IMG/VR virus record: IMGVR_UViG_3300035670_000067
Location: 32,001-96,000 of that record
DNA length: 64,000 bases
Strand: one strand, 5' to 3'
Origin: a virus
Shown: positions 61,994 to 64,000 of the stretch, piece after piece
Position numbering within the stretch: position 1 is the first letter of the stretch
How the letters are laid out: each line of letters starts with the position of its first letter
Made by a program: the position numbers and the translations under genes
Notes under the pieces: model-generated
The model's input: the letters and a program-made list of their open reading frames with translations, nothing else
What the model was told of the DNA's origin: nothing
Databases searched by the model: none

Positions 61994-62287
61994 CTACTCC
62001 ACAGGTTCTAGAAAGATGTCACCATCTTTCATGGTGAAATCATATTGCGGCAAATCTTCGATATCATCAGTCCCAGTTAGAACAAAACATTCAGAAACTC
62101 CAATCATATTGAATTTATTATTAGATGTTTCCAATAATCCTATTGGATGGAATACTTGATATAGCGCGGAAGCTATATACCAATTCTTACGATCTAACAA
62201 AATATCTGCCGGTATCCAAACCTTCCCTGCCGGCACCGCCATTCCGTCATCGTCCGGAATAATATTTTCAAATGGGAAATCAATCAT
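61994..62287 (-). CDS. Hypothetical acidic protein
   Basis: Coupled ORF in the glycan cluster. Confidence 0.5.
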   Translation of the reverse strand: MIDFPFENIIPDDDGMAVPAGKVWIPADILLDRKNWYIASALYQVFHPIGLLETSNNKFNMIGVSECFVLTGTDDIEDLPQYDFTMKDGDIFLEPVE

Positions 62288-62898
62288 ATATCCAACCTAT
62301 TCGGCATCTTACCCCAGATTTGAAGATATCTTTTTCTATCATTTTCCCATATCCACTTTTTATCTCTATTTGATTTTGAATAACCGTAATGATAAACTTG
62401 ACTACGATTGTGTTGTAAGATCTTTTTATTCAATCCCATCACGCGCATCAACAAATCCCAATCAGCATATGCCACCTTGAAGGATTCATCAAATTTGCCA
62501 ATATCTTCGAACAAACTTTTCCTAATAAAAAACATATTGCATGGCATAAGTTTCTTTTCAGTAAATTCTTCGTTACCTTCAACAGGAGTACTTTGATTCG
62601 TCGAAACAGGAAACACCAACCCAACATCTTCTTCAAACGTTTTCTCAGCCATTCTATTCATATCGACATGAACATCTATATCAAAATCCATGAAACACAA
62701 TATCTCGCGTTGCGCTTGATTTGCTAATCTATTCCTAACGATTGGCAGATTTACTTTAGATATCGTATTATCAAATGTAATCCATTCACCACCAGAATCT
62801 ATAACGTAAGAATGTAATTGAAAATGTAAGGTCTTATAGCGCTCTCTTTCTGCGGCTATATTATAGTATTGAACAATGATAAAACTAATTGGCACCAT
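62284..62898 (-). CDS. Glycosyltransferase family 2
   Basis: RN..A, CFMDFDI, IG.FDE.F...Y.D.DL, VYH. Confidence 0.85.
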   Translation of the reverse strand: MVPISFIIVQYYNIAAERERYKTLHFQLHSYVIDSGGEWITFDNTISKVNLPIVRNRLANQAQREILCFMDFDIDVHVDMNRMAEKTFEEDVGLVFPVSTNQSTPVEGNEEFTEKKLMPCNMFFIRKSLFEDIGKFDESFKVAYADWDLLMRVMGLNKKILQHNRSQVYHYGYSKSNRDKKWIWENDRKRYLQIWGKMPNRLDI

Positions 62899-62908
62899 TT
62901 TTCTTCTC

Positions 62909-63292
62909 CTACTTAAATCTTAGAAAGTGATAATCGTCCCAGTTAAATTCTTCGTCAAACGAAGTGAATAAGCTTCTATCATCTATATAAATGTCTGCGA
63001 ATATTTTACGCGGATACCATTCGTATTTGAGATGTCCATCTCTACAATTTTCATTTATTGAATCAAATGTCAGTCCTTGTGTCTTACAGAATTCCACTGC
63101 CGAATCTAACAATTTTCTATCGGAAGTGTTTTCTCTGCATGTCCACAATACAATCTTATCACCAACACTACGTCTTGCAATAAGCCAATCAAATAGCTTC
63201 TTGTTTGGAATATATGTAGATATATCGTCGCTCAATTTTCCATATGGAACTTCCTTGATAAGTGTTCCATCAAAATCTACTGCGATTATCAT
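62909..63292 (-). CDS. HAD-superfamily hydrolase
   Basis: IAVDFDGT, LWTCR, K..ADIYIDDR. Confidence 0.88.
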   Translation of the reverse strand: MIIAVDFDGTLIKEVPYGKLSDDISTYIPNKKLFDWLIARRSVGDKIVLWTCRENTSDRKLLDSAVEFCKTQGLTFDSINENCRDGHLKYEWYPRKIFADIYIDDRSLFTSFDEEFNWDDYHFLRFK

Positions 63293-63993
63293 TTCAGTAT
63301 TTCTTTCAGCTTTTTCAGATCTTCTGTAAACAGCTTTCGCTTATCTGGTTTATTCATGTTGAGTGGACTGGGATGCAATAGCGGAAATACTTTGCCATAT
63401 TCTGTTTCGTAAACTTTACCGTGACAATCTGTTATTGTGCGGTCATTGCCAAGCAAAGCCTTCAATGCGAAATTGCCAAGAGTCACTATGATCCTTGGCT
63501 TCATTATCTCAATTTCTTGTTTTAGATATGCGAAACAATTTTTGATCTCTGATGGAACTGGCGCTCGATTGCCTTCCGTAAAGCATTTCACCACGTTCGT
63601 AACATAAAGCTCTTTCCGCGGCACTCCAACATGCTCTTCAAACATTTGATCAAAGAACTGGCCAGAACGACCAACAAACGGTCGCCTGATTTTAGTTTCT
63701 TCCTTGCCAGGATTCTGACCAACAATCATAATCTTGGCCCTTACACGCATACTACTAAAAACGTTTCCAGGATATCCTTCTACGAATTGTCCACCGATAT
63801 TGCATTTCTTGCAACTGAGACATGAGGCTTTTACCCTTTTCAACATATGCTTTCTATACAGATTTTCCTGAGGCTTCATGGAGCAGTCATCCATATCTAT
63901 CCAGTGGAATTTTCCATCTATTGGACTATTGAGGAGAAACCATGTCCGGACCACATCTACAGGTTGAACAGGTTGTTTATCTTCCATCTCCAT
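63289..63993 (-). CDS. Uracil-DNA glycosylase family 4-like
   Basis: CxxCxxC, VGQNPG..E....PFVG.SG, TNVVKC...NR.P, HPS. Confidence 0.9.
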   Translation of the reverse strand: MEMEDKQPVQPVDVVRTWFLLNSPIDGKFHWIDMDDCSMKPQENLYRKHMLKRVKASCLSCKKCNIGGQFVEGYPGNVFSSMRVRAKIMIVGQNPGKEETKIRRPFVGRSGQFFDQMFEEHVGVPRKELYVTNVVKCFTEGNRAPVPSEIKNCFAYLKQEIEIMKPRIIVTLGNFALKALLGNDRTITDCHGKVYETEYGKVFPLLHPSPLNMNKPDKRKLFTEDLKKLKEILK

Positions 63994-64000
63994 TTTATAT

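Overview
A 64-kb segment of a large tailed dsDNA phage (siphovirus-like, HK97-fold head), transcribed almost entirely on the minus strand. 1-26 kb is the morphogenesis module: terminase with a mini-intein, portal, prohead protease, major capsid, head-tail proteins, tail tube, chaperones and tape measure. Five glycosyltransferase-like genes and one epimerase-like gene sit inside it, next to mucin-like poly-Ser/Thr virion proteins. The head-closure protein appears split across two genes, each half carrying a Ser-rich stalk and one also a LamG-like domain. 30.5-39.5 kb is a mostly non-coding region that may contain the genome terminus. It has a GATC-free GC-rich zone, tandem repeats, and small gene cassettes separated by spacers holding about 27 copies of GATC-NN-GANTC. 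39.5-57 kb holds small early genes behind a TTG-N16-TATAAT-type promoter (18 copies over 33.8-56.5 kb), six hexapeptide-repeat paralogues, seven tRNAs (all U34, including Ile-UAU), a tmRNA and two unexplained structured-RNA candidates. 57-64 kb holds a Ser-tailed paralogue pair, a second glycan cluster and a UDG. The best candidate novel system is a phage-encoded O-glycosylated mucin-like coat on the virion neck and head. All family assignments are by motif recognition by eye; no searches were run.
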